In this document: positions 48,756 to 49,223 of the stretch, piece after piece | How positions within the stretch are numbered: the first letter of the stretch is position 1 | How the letters are laid out: each line of letters starts with the position of its first letter | From: Acidobacteriota bacterium | Lineage (GTDB): Bacteria; Acidobacteriota; Thermoanaerobaculia; Gp7-AA8 | Assembly: GCA_046723495.1 (NCBI GenBank) | Contig: JBKOUP010000243.1 | Location: forward strand, 1-49,223 | Direction: 5' to 3' | DNA length: 49,223 nucleotides | Notes under the pieces: model-generated | Database searches by the model: none | What the model saw: the letters and a program-made list of their open reading frames with translations, nothing else | Told to the model about the DNA's origin: nothing | Made by a program: the position numbers and the translations under genes

Positions 48756-49223
48756 GATTCGTCCTGCAGTCGTTTGAACTCCTCGCGAAAATTGGGATGT
48801 CGTTCGAGCGCTTCTTCAATCTCCCCCAGTGCTGTCTCGTCGTGCTGCCCGGCAAGACTTCTCAAGGCGAAAAGAACGACTCCGTTGTCAATCGACTGGA
48901 GTGCGCGGAGAAGCAGCGGACGCGATCGGGGGTTCGGGCTGATGGTACTGAATGCGAGCCAGGCCATCGACTTGTATTTCGAGGGGTCGTAGCCATGATC
49001 GAGGCAATACGCCTGGAACGTTTCGGGATCGAGGACGTTCTCCGCGTGCGTCGACAGTTCTTTCCAGATGGCGCCGTCATCGCTGAGGCGGCCGAGAAGC
49101 GCGGCGCCGATGCGGAAGCGCTCCTCGTAGGTGAAGGCCGTGGCGTAGCGCTGCTGGAGAAGTTCCACGGCGGAGCGATCGTTCCGCGTTGCGCTCTCGA
49201 TCAACGCCTCCTCGACGTTGTAG
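48740..49223 (-). CDS. Helical-repeat (HEAT-like?) hypothetical protein, 5' end probably beyond the window
   Basis: The frame stays open to the window edge upstream of the TTG at 49204 (…YNVEEALIESATRN…). All-helical sequence with lower GC than its neighbours. Confidence 0.5.
   Translation of the reverse strand, partial: YNVEEALIESATRNDRSAVELLQQRYATAFTYEERFRIGAALLGRLSDDGAIWKELSTHAENVLDPETFQAYCLDHGYDPSKYKSMAWLAFSTISPNPRSRPLLLRALQSIDNGVVLFALRSLAGQHDETALGEIEEALERHPNFREEFKRLQDESEDRR

Overview
GC-rich, tightly packed bacterial chromosomal window. The secretome is rich in BNR, TPR and signal-peptide proteins, which suggests an Acidobacteriota-like diderm, but that taxonomy is inference only. I support about 45 protein genes and one tRNA-Gln. 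I saw no rRNA, CRISPR array, transposase, integrase or phage genes. All protein calls come from motif recognition in the supplied translations; no database search was possible.

Core genes: ligA, guaB, tldD/pmbA, trmJ, lhr, a KAS III, PBP4 (dacB), lhgO and ybaK.

Envelope and accessory modules:
(a) 1-7621: a PgaA/PgaC-like synthase-dependent exopolysaccharide locus. It has no PgaB-type gene between porin and synthase. It is flanked by a NAGPA-type phosphodiester glycosidase, a divergent LCP ligase and a fusion of KaiC-like ATPase, pseudo-receiver and degenerate GGDEF.
(b) 19225-21874: two tandem paralogous secreted IPT/TIG-like proteins with a shared uncharacterised C-terminal module.
(c) 23834-29117: a PIG-L / MBL / PBP4 / TPR operon, divergent from a CelD-like GNAT that is translationally coupled to ybaK and abuts tRNA-Gln.
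(d) 29245-34811: a TPR protein, a stand-alone 62-aa secreted amphipathic peptide and a 1292-aa LolA-like-sortilin/BNR protein.
(e) 34865-41022: a six-gene translationally coupled operon (MFP, two MacB/FtsX permeases, LhgO-like flavoenzyme, zinc-ribbon membrane protein, secreted protein) with no ABC ATPase.
(f) 43344-44050: vapBC with a near-consensus promoter.

The most unusual directly visible signal is a class of four inverted repeats at 9071-9147, 19151-19219, 34816-34866 and 39606-39699. Each arm consists of 4-5 tandem heptanucleotides. The four share this geometry but have unrelated sequences. The first one is translated as part of tldD, which lacks a stop codon at the end of its conserved domain and runs 218 nt into pmbA.

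Other oddities: a single in-frame TAG splits an alpha/beta hydrolase. Many gene junctions are ATGA or TAATG overlaps. Long antisense ORFs in the track, including a 1504-aa one, are treated as GC-driven shadow ORFs.
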